A stretch of 64,000 nucleotides of DNA, from contig AL929603.2 of the NCBI GenBank assembly GCA_000002445.1, positions 288,001 to 352,000 of the forward strand. Reading direction: 5' to 3'. This DNA comes from Trypanosoma brucei. Its lineage: Eukaryota. Both the position numbers and the translations under genes were made by a program. Each line of letters begins with the position of its first letter. Positions within the stretch are counted from its first letter, which is position 1. Positions 11,281 through 20,703 of this stretch are shown here, in pieces. A model generated the notes under the pieces. The model made no database searches and was not told the origin of the DNA. It saw only the letters and a list, made by a program, of their open reading frames with translations.

Positions 11281-11705
11281 CCGGAACAAACATCGTCACC
11301 CCCTCCCTTTTATTCATCACACACATAGTTTCTTCACAGTTATTTTGTTTTCTCGTACCATTGCTCGCTCGATTGTACTCTTTTCTCTGCCTAATTTGTT
11401 TCTTTCCATGCCGAGAGTGGAGTCAGGCACATATAGGTGTTTGTACACTTTCTCGCGCCGCAACTTACTTGCGTAGTAACTTCTGAGACTAAGCAATGCC
11501 TCTTTTTGAAAAATTGTGAAGGAAAATCCCTCTTTTTTTCTTACCTTGCTGCTCTTTTTAGGTTAACTCGGTGGTTTTCCCGCTAGACCTCTTCTCACCA
11601 TACCCTTTCGCATGTCGTACCTTCTGTATGGACGGCGTCCGTGTTTGTGTGGGTAGAGCGGGTGTGGAAGTTGTGATTGCGCCTTTTGATGGTTGCTTTT
11701 CCCAC

Positions 11706-12025
11706 ATGATGTACCGGTTCTACAACGAAGACATATCATTTTGGATATGCGGAACTCAGATCTCTGTGTTGGCACAATTGTCTTTTGCTATGAGAGTGAA
11801 GGGCGCGTTGAGTGGGAAGCCATGCCGAATTTAGTGCGAGGCCATCCTAATTAAGGTACCCGAGAGCGCGGTGAGTTGTGTTACTTTCCGTATTGGGGTA
11901 CAGTTGTGTATACTGTTTGATTCTATTCGCTTTGGTATCTAGCACAGCCGGTGGCTAGGACGAAAGTTGCTCGAGGAAAAGTGCTTGCTTTTACGCTGTC
12001 TTTCGTATTTGCTGCCCTTTTCTCA
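11706..12025 (+). repeat. dispersed ~320-bp repeat, copy 1 (full-length unit)
   Basis: Near-identical to 41619-41939 (one mismatch, tattggGgtac vs tattggAgtac). The unit begins acATGATGTACCGGTTCTACAACG and ends ...GCTGCCCTTTTCTC. It ends 72 nt upstream of the ATG at 12097. Confidence 0.9.
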
Positions 12026-12096
12026 AAGCCAACTCTTTCTCCTTTATCCTTCGTTCTCCGCTTCACGTGACGATAGCATATAACTGAAGGAAGCTT

Positions 12097-15000
12097 ATGA
12101 ATGTCACTAACCCCTCCACTGTCAGGTACGCCGATGCATTCATGTCGTACTTGCGATTTCTCGAGAAGGATGTGTGGTGGACAATAGTGTATGTCATATT
12201 CTTGGCGTGGATGTATTTGTTTCACGCCCCATTTCGAGTCCACAATGTTTGGCGAACCGATTGGTATGCGCAGGTGACGAAGGTGTTGCAAGTATGGATT
12301 GGCGTTGTTGTTTTCCTTTTTCATACCGGCTCGGGGTTTTTTCAACCCCAAAGGTCTCTGCAGGCAGAAATTTGCAATGCCGACGATGATACTGTTGCCA
12401 CGATTTTTTTCCCAATCTTCAGCACAACGACACTTATAATCTTGTACATTCACAGCAAGAAGCGTGTCTGGGGCCTGGGTGTGACGTATGGTTCTAGTAC
12501 AATCGTGGTTGTGTTGAATTCCTTACTTCTTTCGCTATTTTCTACCGTACATTTTGCGTACGGTATGCGAATTCAAGACTTTGAGCACTCCTCGTTGTTG
12601 AAGGGTGCCGTGGGTGTGCTCTTTCCATCACCAAAGCAGACACTTTTCCCGACGCTGCTACTGTTGAGTGTCATGAATGTACTTTTTATAACTTTTGACT
12701 ATCAGTACAAAAAGCGTTGCGGGTTTGATCCGCTGCGCGGACTATTATGGAGTGAGGTTTGCCGTTCGCGAAAGGCACACGAAGTCGTTCCCACTACTAT
12801 CCGAGATGGCTGCGATTGGCGAAAACTTCAACCGAAGCCGAAACGAATATCGAAGGTTGAGCAGCCCTGGATTGTCTCACCAGAGGGGGGGAAACGGCTG
12901 AGCTTTGCGCTCTCTTCTCTGGAGGTCAAGCAGCTATCCGTGCAGTACCCAGTGAACCGACCGGGCATGGTTCCTTGGTTTTCAACTTTCATTGCGGGCA
13001 CAGCCCTTCAGTCTGTCCTTGGAAATTCGCTCAATTTTTTGACGTTTGATCAACGTGCCGTGGAGTCACAGATGAATCCCAAGGTGTTCAAGTTGAGTTT
13101 TACCAAACACAGATCGAAAATTAGCAAGTCATACAGCCTTTCCCGTGTTTCTGAATGCTCACCATCAACCAGTGTGGATGCTGTGTGCTGTGATCCGTAC
13201 GGTGATGATGATTATGAAAATGTTTGGTTCGACTTCGTCGCGGACGTCGGAGATGGGTTTAACTCGACGTATGAGATGGCTCGTTTGATGGCACAACCTT
13301 TCCTCCGTCTAGCATCAAGTGATTCGGTGCAAACGCGAAGCGGACTCGTGAATTCAGTTTCTGTGCGCGACGGTGGAGGGAGAAGGGGTTTGATGACGCC
13401 ACCTCTGACGGCCGGTGATGGAGCCTTCCTTGCTGTCGAAGGTAATGGACAGCAAAACAGATGCGGGCGGACGCTGTCGATGTGTGACTACGAACCCCAA
13501 GAGAACTTTTCCCTTCCCCGTGCATCGTTTGTGGTGGTTGGTGGAGATTTGGCGTACCCGAATCCCACCAACGAAACGTACCGCACACGCCTGCTCGAAC
13601 CGTACAACAACGCGCTTCGGTGCTGCGCACCTCTATGCAAGCTTGTGAAGAAATGGTACAATCGCCTTGTTGTGCCAGAGGAGGACAACAAAGATGTTGC
13701 CCGTATTCACATGCTGTCGGCGTCCAAAGTTTCGGAAATGACTCAGCGTAGAGATATAGCTGACATGTGTCTTGGTGAAGACGAGGTGGTACACAGCACT
13801 CCCCTACTGTTCGCCATCCCCGGTAACCACGACTGGTTAGATGGTCTCGTGACATTTAAGAAGTTTATCATTGACGAGAGTTGGATGGGTGGCTGGTTTA
13901 TGCCCCAGAAGAGCTCCTTCTTTGTTATAAATCTCCCATATAACTGGTTTTTGCTGTGTGTCGATACAGGAAGTGTGACTGACATCGACCCAGGACAACG
14001 CAACTACTTCCTGAATTATATTGAGGAACACCTCGACGTTTCGTCCTGTGTGATTTTAATTTCCCATGAGCCTGGGTGGATTTACGAGGCGATGAACACC
14101 AATTTGACGTCGACGATGCAACCAGAGTTACACCGAGTAGTGGACGCCCTCGGTACACGCCTGCGCATGCGACTTTGTGGCGATATCCACCACTACTCTA
14201 GACACACACCTACAGACGCGCTTTCAGAGGCACCTGTTCTTGTTGTCAGCGGCGGTGGTGGTGCCTTTCTACACGGCGCCCGGAACAATACCGTTATTTA
14301 TCAAGGAACAGAGTATAAGCGGGAGGCAGCGTTTCCTAGAGATAATCATGTCACATCGTTTCTGACGAGGTTGGTCGGCTTCCGCCTGATTAACTGGAAA
14401 TTTGACATAATCGCTGGTTTTATGTGCTTCGGGCTCATAACCTCCTCGCTACCCTTGAACATGGAGGACAAAAAACTAGAGGAGATCGTGGACATCCACG
14501 TCCTTTTCTGTAGTACCGTAACCCGCACAGCCGAACTCTGTCTCTATACATTTGACAAAGGCATTATATCTTTGTTCGTGGCGGTGTGTTTCTTTATTGG
14601 TTTCTTCTCGGTTGGGTCAGGGAGAAAGAGTGTATGCTTTCGGATCGCATACTCTTTATGCTGGACGGCACTTGTTGTGTTCGCTTCATCTGGAATGTTA
14701 GCCGTTGTTCAAACAACGATGGCCTACATGATGAATCATGGCTTGATTCTATCAACGAAAGAACAATGGAGCAGTATGTTGGAGTCTCAGGTTCGTACCG
14801 CTGCGGATGACACATCCAATCACCTGATTGAGTGGTTGGGTGACGAGCATGCTCTCTCAAGGGGCATCGAAAGCCTGCGGTCGGCTGCACACGGTAGTGT
14901 CCTTGTTGGAGCCGCCTGTACGTTGTTGAGGAGTATGGATATGATTGAAAACTTGGCGTATCTTTCGTACCACGTCGGTACAAATGTCACGGGTACCCTC

Positions 15001-15453
15001 TCACACACGACTAACCGTGTTCAGGTTGTTCTGTACTATCTTCACATTCTTCTGATCTACTGGCTCTTGGCAACGCCGCTGCTTTCGTTTATTATCGGTG
15101 TATTTCTATTTGTATCTGTTCACTACTTTGATTTAACATATGACGCGTCATATTCCTCATTTCAGATTGAGGATTACAAACACTTTTTGCGTTTCTGCTT
15201 GGATGGCAGAACGAGGTGTTTACATGCTTACGTCGTTGCAGAAAAGTTTGTGCCGAAAGTTTGGATATGCGATGGCAGACACGTTACCGAGTGCAGGGAC
15301 GAGAGAACCAAGCATCTTCCACCACATCTAAAAAAACATCCAAGTCGCTGGGTACCACATGGGGTTTCGGGCACTGACTACACACCCACAGTACTAGAAC
15401 ATTTTGTTGTAAGACCACATCGGGTTACTCAGCCAGATCCTCTCCGTGAGTGA
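12097..15453 (+). CDS. polytopic membrane calcineurin-like metallophosphoesterase
   Basis: ATG at 12097. There are ~5 hydrophobic helices N-terminally and ~4 C-terminally. The central soluble domain carries metallophosphoesterase motifs in canonical order: VVVGGDLAYP (GD), AIPGNHDW (GNHD), ISHEPGW, CGDIHHYSRH (GD-H-H). Confidence 0.65.
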   Translation: MNVTNPSTVRYADAFMSYLRFLEKDVWWTIVYVIFLAWMYLFHAPFRVHNVWRTDWYAQVTKVLQVWIGVVVFLFHTGSGFFQPQRSLQAEICNADDDTVATIFFPIFSTTTLIILYIHSKKRVWGLGVTYGSSTIVVVLNSLLLSLFSTVHFAYGMRIQDFEHSSLLKGAVGVLFPSPKQTLFPTLLLLSVMNVLFITFDYQYKKRCGFDPLRGLLWSEVCRSRKAHEVVPTTIRDGCDWRKLQPKPKRISKVEQPWIVSPEGGKRLSFALSSLEVKQLSVQYPVNRPGMVPWFSTFIAGTALQSVLGNSLNFLTFDQRAVESQMNPKVFKLSFTKHRSKISKSYSLSRVSECSPSTSVDAVCCDPYGDDDYENVWFDFVADVGDGFNSTYEMARLMAQPFLRLASSDSVQTRSGLVNSVSVRDGGGRRGLMTPPLTAGDGAFLAVEGNGQQNRCGRTLSMCDYEPQENFSLPRASFVVVGGDLAYPNPTNETYRTRLLEPYNNALRCCAPLCKLVKKWYNRLVVPEEDNKDVARIHMLSASKVSEMTQRRDIADMCLGEDEVVHSTPLLFAIPGNHDWLDGLVTFKKFIIDESWMGGWFMPQKSSFFVINLPYNWFLLCVDTGSVTDIDPGQRNYFLNYIEEHLDVSSCVILISHEPGWIYEAMNTNLTSTMQPELHRVVDALGTRLRMRLCGDIHHYSRHTPTDALSEAPVLVVSGGGGAFLHGARNNTVIYQGTEYKREAAFPRDNHVTSFLTRLVGFRLINWKFDIIAGFMCFGLITSSLPLNMEDKKLEEIVDIHVLFCSTVTRTAELCLYTFDKGIISLFVAVCFFIGFFSVGSGRKSVCFRIAYSLCWTALVVFASSGMLAVVQTTMAYMMNHGLILSTKEQWSSMLESQVRTAADDTSNHLIEWLGDEHALSRGIESLRSAAHGSVLVGAACTLLRSMDMIENLAYLSYHVGTNVTGTLSHTTNRVQVVLYYLHILLIYWLLATPLLSFIIGVFLFVSVHYFDLTYDASYSSFQIEDYKHFLRFCLDGRTRCLHAYVVAEKFVPKVWICDGRHVTECRDERTKHLPPHLKKHPSRWVPHGVSGTDYTPTVLEHFVVRPHRVTQPDPLRE

Positions 15454-15639
15454 TTAGGTAAAACAAAGGTCCCCATCCTGACACTTTTTTTTTGTTATAA
15501 TTTGTCGTATACGTCGCGCACGAATTGTGCGGTGCATCGCACATACTAAGCGACTGGTTGGGCTGTCTGTCCAGTGTGCGGTACCTGTCAGGATGTGAAC
15601 GCAGTATATGGCATTTCTCTAAGGGTCTGGCGTTTTGAA

Positions 15640-15900
15640 GTTGTTTTTAGGCATCAATGCTGCTGTCGTCTTATCCTTTGTTACGCGTCACTGTGTTCCT
15701 GCTCAACGGTCACGCACCGGAGTGGGAGTTTCGGTAGTTGGCGCTTCATCGGATGCAATTTTCATTTCGTTTGCTTGGTTTATCTCATTATATTTTATTT
15801 CTTACCGTATTCACCTGTGCTGCTGTTATCTCATTACTGGCCCCCACCTTTCTTGTCTGCTTTTAGTACATTGTGGTACCTCGATACCGGGGAGGTTCCG
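15640..15900 (+). promoter_or_regulatory. polypyrimidine tract / putative trans-splice acceptor region upstream of Rad1-like gene
   Basis: Long C/T-rich run (ttatcctttgttacgcgtcactgtgttcctgctc ... ccccacctttcttgtctgcttttag) ending in AG dinucleotides ~30-40 nt before ATG 15934. Confidence 0.5.
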
Positions 15901-15933
15901 AAGCACGCATACGGATCAAAGGGTGCCATTTTC

Positions 15934-16851
15934 ATGTCTGTTCAGTGCCAGGTTGCTCATCCGTACTTGCTTCTCAAGTCACTTTCTCTGCTCACCATCT
16001 CCAAAGATGCGTGGGCAGAGGTGGAGTTTACTGAATCTTCCGTGACGTTGGACGTTGAGGGCGCAGGTCAGTCGGCCACAGCTACGGCTGTGCTTCCCAC
16101 ATCAATCTTCTCACAATACACCACGACTGGCGTTCGTTTTGCTGTGCACCTGGGCATGTTTCGGAACGCCTTGTTGTTGGGTGGTCCGTCGCAACTGAAC
16201 TCCATGTCCACCTCACGTGTGGTGTTGTCGTACCCAACCAAAGAAGCGAGGTTGCTCGTCGAACTGTCGGACGGAAAAATCACGTTGCGTTCAAAACTTA
16301 TCACTCAACGACCGAAGGAATATCCGCTTGACCTTCAGTTTTCACATGCGCGTATTTTGAATCAGGTGACACTGCCAGGTGACGCGGCGAGAGCTGCCAT
16401 AGAGGATTTAGTGACAGCACAATGTTCTCATGCGGTTGTAACGCTGGACCCTCGGGAGGGTGTGCTGTTCCGAGGGGAAGGTGGGCCGTATGGTAGCGCA
16501 CTTATCAAAATCCCACTTAATTCAGATGTTATTTCTTCCATTTTTGACGGTGATGAGCGGGTGGAAACTCACGTACTTCAGTCACACCTGGTCCTAGTTT
16601 GCGGAGTGCGCTCGGGAGGTAAACAACGGCGTAACACTCTTGTACCAGCAAATGATTTCCTTATGGGACCCAATAGTAATGGTGGTGGTGGTTACGGGCA
16701 GCAACAAGCGGCGGTTGGTGGGTTTGAGAGGTTGATGCTTCAGATAAATGAAGCACGGCAGCTTAGTGTGGTGCACATGCTGCGAGAGCGGGATATCCCT
16801 GTGACTGTTACGTTGGTTGTTTCCCCCATATACAATCTGCACGATCAGTAA
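15934..16851 (+). CDS. PCNA-like checkpoint clamp subunit, Rad1-like (9-1-1 complex) candidate
   Basis: Track ORF starts at GTG 15574 with a junk N-terminus that translates a polyY tract (15640-15900). The first credible ATG is 15934 (MSVQCQVAHPYLLLKSL...). Local similarity to Rad1: ATATAVLPTSIFSQY ~ VQANAFIQAGIFQEF, and VRFAVHLGMFRNAL ~ VTFRINLTVLLDCL. Length is ~305 aa. Confidence 0.45.
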   Translation: MSVQCQVAHPYLLLKSLSLLTISKDAWAEVEFTESSVTLDVEGAGQSATATAVLPTSIFSQYTTTGVRFAVHLGMFRNALLLGGPSQLNSMSTSRVVLSYPTKEARLLVELSDGKITLRSKLITQRPKEYPLDLQFSHARILNQVTLPGDAARAAIEDLVTAQCSHAVVTLDPREGVLFRGEGGPYGSALIKIPLNSDVISSIFDGDERVETHVLQSHLVLVCGVRSGGKQRRNTLVPANDFLMGPNSNGGGGYGQQQAAVGGFERLMLQINEARQLSVVHMLRERDIPVTVTLVVSPIYNLHDQ

Positions 16852-17306
16852 TATGAAAACCTCTTGAGGTGACCGGTTCTTTACGTCATTGTTATACTTC
16901 CCTCCCCTAGACTGTCTCAGTACCTCTTGGCGGGGAGGATTTTTGGTTGCACATCGACAATTCGTGTGCGACACACAGGAGTGGGGAAGTCAGCAAACTT
17001 CCTTTTAAAAAGGGGGAAAGGAGAATGTCAAGCTGACTCTCAGTCACTCCTGTCCGTTGCGGCACTGAAGGTGTCACGCACCGTGCGCCACGGGCTGCAA
17101 CGGTCTCTGTGCGCCCAGCACGAATGTCGAGTACATCATTGTGCTGATGGCTGATCTTTCATTGCAGGTCGCACAGACACCGAACGACATCCTTAAAAAA
17201 AAAAAGAAGAGGTCCGCTGTTGTCCTTGGATGGCACGTTGGTAATGGAGGCCATGCCAGCGCGTCTGCTGCATCGCTGTCGTACTGTCCGAATGGTGGCA
17301 TTACTC

Positions 17307-17461
17307 TTTCTGTGTTGGCACAATTGTCTTTAGCTATGAGAGTGAAGGGCGCGTTGAGTGGGAAGCCATGCCGAATTTAGTGCGAGACCATCCTAATTAA
17401 GGTACCCGAGAGCGCGGTGAGTTGTGTTACTTTCCGTATTGGAGTACAGTTGTGTATACTG
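17307..17461 (+). repeat. dispersed repeat, copy 2 (155-nt core only)
   Basis: Shares TCTGTGTTGGCACAATTGTCTTT(T/A)GCTATGAGAGTGAAGGGCGCGTTGAGTGGGAAGCCATGCCGAATTTAGTGCGAG(G/A)CCATCCTAATTAAGGTACCCGAGAGCGCGGTGAGTTGTGTTACTTTCCGTATTGGAGTACAGTTGTGTATACTGT with copies 1 and 3. Both flanks are unrelated to theirs. Confidence 0.85.
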
Positions 17462-17842
17462 TGTGCTGTCGATCTTGTTGGGACCGTCTTTTATACTTTG
17501 ATTGGCTTGGTGCTCCTCCGTCCAAGTGGAAGTGTGTCATTGGAAGGCGTTGTTCACAAATATTGACGAGGATCAATTGTCCGTTTTATTGTTTCCGAAG
17601 CTGAAGGGCCGCAGTTTGTCCAGTAGTGTTGGGATTCACGCGGTCTTCGCGATGGGCTTTTGACCTCTGTTTTACCTGTGCTGATTTTTTGGTTAAGCGC
17701 ATTTAAATATCATATGAGATCTTCGCTTTAAATCATTTTTTTCTTGGATGTTGGATACTGCTGCAAACTCTCTTCCCCTTCTTTGCTCTGTTGTTTTCCC
17801 CCTTTGGAATACTTGTGTGAATCTTTTTGTAAGAGACCGGTT

Positions 17843-19300
17843 ATGAGTCAACTCAGCGAGTTGCTAAACACCTCACAACTGACGAAGTACTATGCACTAA
17901 TTCAATTCCTTTCGTCACACACCAACACTGAGTACACGCTCGCTCAACTGGACTACTTGCTTCCGCGGGGAGCGTCACTTCAGCGTTTTCCAGCATCATG
18001 GATAGAGTTTATGGAGGAAGGGTTGTGCAACAACCAAAATGTTGAATTGTATCGTCGTCCCGTCGCTGGTGGAGAAGCTGCGGGTGAAAACATTTCTTCC
18101 CTTGTGCAAGAGGAGCGCGAGGAAATTGTCCTCATTTGTCGGAGGCCAGTCATAAATGATCTGAAGGACCTCGCCAGGTTGTTGCAGTCGCCAGCGACGG
18201 TTCCTGACGTGGAGGGTTGTGTAGCACTGCATACAGACCAAATTACACTCAACGAAAACCTCTTAAGAGCGTCGCAAACACAAGGCCTGTTGTACTATTT
18301 TCCCGATAACTATACCAAATCACGTGAACATCGCTCTGCTAAGTCCCGTCGTTCTTCCAGTCAGAGCGAGATTGTAAGCAACCTTATGCGCAATGAAGAC
18401 ATAGAGGGACTTCTCAATGAAGAAAGTAAAGATGGCAAACTGGATCTGCCTGCCGGCGTTACTGCTCAATTTATGCTCTACAACCGACGGGGTGTGCCTG
18501 TTCGAGGCCGAAATAGTTTTCCTATGCGATACAATGTGGGTGACAGGGCCATGGTTATTGTTGAGAGGAGCGTCCCTCCTGATGCAGATCATGTACCAGC
18601 CAAACCTCCTTTGGTGACCACGACTCTGGGAAGACCAGTTGGTATGAGTAGTGTTGGTGGTAGTGACGGCAGTACACCAGTCGAAATCCGGGTGAAGGTA
18701 TCTGCCAATTCCGTCGGGAGCCAACGTACCTGTATAAGTATTAAGGCTCAGGTTAAGGGTAGAGTGGTTTTGTCCCTTTTTGTTGACAGTAGGGAGACAA
18801 TAATTCCGCTGGAGGTGTTGGATGAGAGTGTGGGGATGCCAGGAGTGATAGTTGGACGCGAGCAGCAACCACTACTTCCGGTACCGGATGATATTCGCAT
18901 TAACGACCCTGCCATTTGGGGGAGTGGCAACGGCGATGAACAGGCGGGAAGGGGTGGTGTCAGCGGTATTGACCGTGACAGTGGTAGTTGCGGTAACTCC
19001 GCTTTGTCTTGGTGGCTTAATCCATCGCCTGCCATTCTTGAAGTGCGGGATCTCACATTACCGGATAGTGAGACTTTTGCGGCTGCGTCGCGCGCCGTGT
19101 GGAATGTTCACCGCGCCGATGAGAGTGCAATGAAGGCGGTGCGGAAGGCATTGAAGGACCAGCGCAACTCAGAGACGACGCGGAAGAAGCGAAACAAGCG
19201 CAGTCGACCACGTGATCTACGCAACAGTCACATGATTCATTATGGATTCGATGCCTCAATACCTTTTGGCACCCAGCGCTCTTTTCCGAAAGATGCTTGA
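17843..19300 (+). CDS. hypothetical protein
   Basis: Track ORF starts at TTG 17744 and translates a polyY tract (17745-17835). First in-frame ATG is 17843 (MSQLSELLNTSQLTKYY...). 486 aa, non-repetitive, no recognised domain. Confidence 0.45.
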   Translation: MSQLSELLNTSQLTKYYALIQFLSSHTNTEYTLAQLDYLLPRGASLQRFPASWIEFMEEGLCNNQNVELYRRPVAGGEAAGENISSLVQEEREEIVLICRRPVINDLKDLARLLQSPATVPDVEGCVALHTDQITLNENLLRASQTQGLLYYFPDNYTKSREHRSAKSRRSSSQSEIVSNLMRNEDIEGLLNEESKDGKLDLPAGVTAQFMLYNRRGVPVRGRNSFPMRYNVGDRAMVIVERSVPPDADHVPAKPPLVTTTLGRPVGMSSVGGSDGSTPVEIRVKVSANSVGSQRTCISIKAQVKGRVVLSLFVDSRETIIPLEVLDESVGMPGVIVGREQQPLLPVPDDIRINDPAIWGSGNGDEQAGRGGVSGIDRDSGSCGNSALSWWLNPSPAILEVRDLTLPDSETFAAASRAVWNVHRADESAMKAVRKALKDQRNSETTRKKRNKRSRPRDLRNSHMIHYGFDASIPFGTQRSFPKDA

Positions 19301-19647
19301 TTTGCTGCTCCCTCTCTTTACTCTTCCTGCTGTGCTTGTGCATATGCGTGTACTTCCAGTACAACTTTATGGGGGAGACTCACGCCTCAACACACTGCGC
19401 AGTATCGCATATTTTGTCCCCTCTTGCTGTCTTGGTGACAACTAAATATGTTGCTGATTCCACGTCGAACACTCTCTTAATTTTTGTGCCTTATCTCTAC
19501 TATAATAATTCCTTGATATAACCACTATAGGGGGGAGGAAAAAGAATCGAGACAGATTACATTTACACACATAACTATTCAGGCAGGCATCGGGTCAACG
19601 CGATTTTGCTCTAGTGTTATTATTATTTTTATTTTTTGGTGGGATGC

Positions 19648-20220
19648 ATGGTTTGGTTCTCCGCGCCCGACAACAGTGAGTTTCTAGGGGACCCTTTACC
19701 CCGAAAAGCACGACAACCCAAGGTCCATTTAGCTACTGAGGTGTCTGTGGAAGCATCGGTGCCTTGGGAAGACGTGTCCTCGTGGGAGTGCGGTAGTCAA
19801 ACTTCTCGCAATAGTTCACGTTCATCAACTTCCGACAACGCCGCCAATGGGCACGTGGCGAATATCAATAAGTTTCATGACCGGATGGAGCTCATCCGGC
19901 GGCTCAACAAACGCCGCCGCAACAATTCCACTTGTAGGGAATCAGGTCGTACAGAACAATGGACGTGCCAACCGCTTTATGTGGGAGTTAGCACCTTTCC
20001 CGAGATGAAGGAAATGTCACCTAAATCGGTGGGTGGAGAAAACGTGCCGTTTTGGAATGGTGCTGTTGTGCATGATTCACCACTTATGACCGACAGGTCT
20101 GGGTCAGAAGTCGACAAGAAACCGCTGAAGACAAGAAAGTGCGCATGGAATTTGACGTACGTGAGGAAAAATGATTGGCCTGAGGCACATCAAATGCACG
20201 AGGGGGATGCAATTATATAA
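19648..20220 (+). CDS. hypothetical protein
   Basis: Track ORF starts at TTG 19636; first ATG is 19648. It is preceded by a T-rich tract. ~190 aa, no recognised domain. Confidence 0.3.
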   Translation: MVWFSAPDNSEFLGDPLPRKARQPKVHLATEVSVEASVPWEDVSSWECGSQTSRNSSRSSTSDNAANGHVANINKFHDRMELIRRLNKRRRNNSTCRESGRTEQWTCQPLYVGVSTFPEMKEMSPKSVGGENVPFWNGAVVHDSPLMTDRSGSEVDKKPLKTRKCAWNLTYVRKNDWPEAHQMHEGDAII

Positions 20221-20703
20221 TAGTGGTGAGCTGGTTTGGTTCCTAGTGCAGCACGGTATCGCGGAATTAAACCATCGCATGTGTGTCGAACTCTTCTTTT
20301 TTGTTGTTAGTTTTTAATATTTGTTTTATGGGGTACTGGTTTGCTTGCGTCTTTGCTTTTCTTTTGTTTTGACAGAGTCTTGTGTAGACGTAGTGTGATC
20401 GTGTGGTTGTTTCCTTGTGGTAGTTGTGGTCCTGCTGACGTGACTTTCTCTTTCCCCCTATTTCTTGTTGTTTTTTCTCACAATTCAATGCCTTGCACCC
20501 TGTGGTGCCCTCAGCAAAAAAGAGGGGAGGACAAAAGCATATATATATATATATATTTATACACACATACGCATAGATTGTATTCCATAGACGAATCGAT
20601 CACGCATTTCGTGGCTTCCGTTTAACCAGAAGAGTAGGCTGTGCTGACACCTTGTGCAGCGGAGCAGGGAGCCTTGTCGTTTGCTTGCTCGGGGCGGGGT
20701 GTC

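Noticed and set aside
11563-11834. ORFs overlapping the dispersed repeat (11571..11834 +, 11563..11775 -, 17141..17380 +, 41469..41690 -) that share peptide strings (SVLAQLSFAMRVKGALSGKPCRI; MPTQRSEFRISKMICLRCRTGTSC)
   Set aside because: The shared peptides are just translations of the shared repeat DNA. The frames are short and are bounded differently in each copy, so they do not look like a coding mobile-element gene.
13259-13855. Minus-strand ORFs of 100-200 aa (e.g. 13259..13855, 21723..22175, 22202..22609, 22213..22590, 24402..24956, 9855..10361)
   Set aside because: All lie antisense within well-supported + strand genes, notably the repetitive coiled-coil gene. They have biased composition and no motifs. 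The + strand ORF runs uninterrupted across the window, consistent with a single-strand PTU.
15574-15933. N-terminal extensions of track ORFs beginning at GTG/TTG (15574, 17744, 20641, 25959, 31638, 39615, 51467, 54969, 19636, 8388, 34115)
   Set aside because: The ORF caller used bacterial alternative start codons. These extensions translate polypyrimidine splice-acceptor tracts, so I re-set the starts to the first in-frame ATG downstream of the polyY tract.
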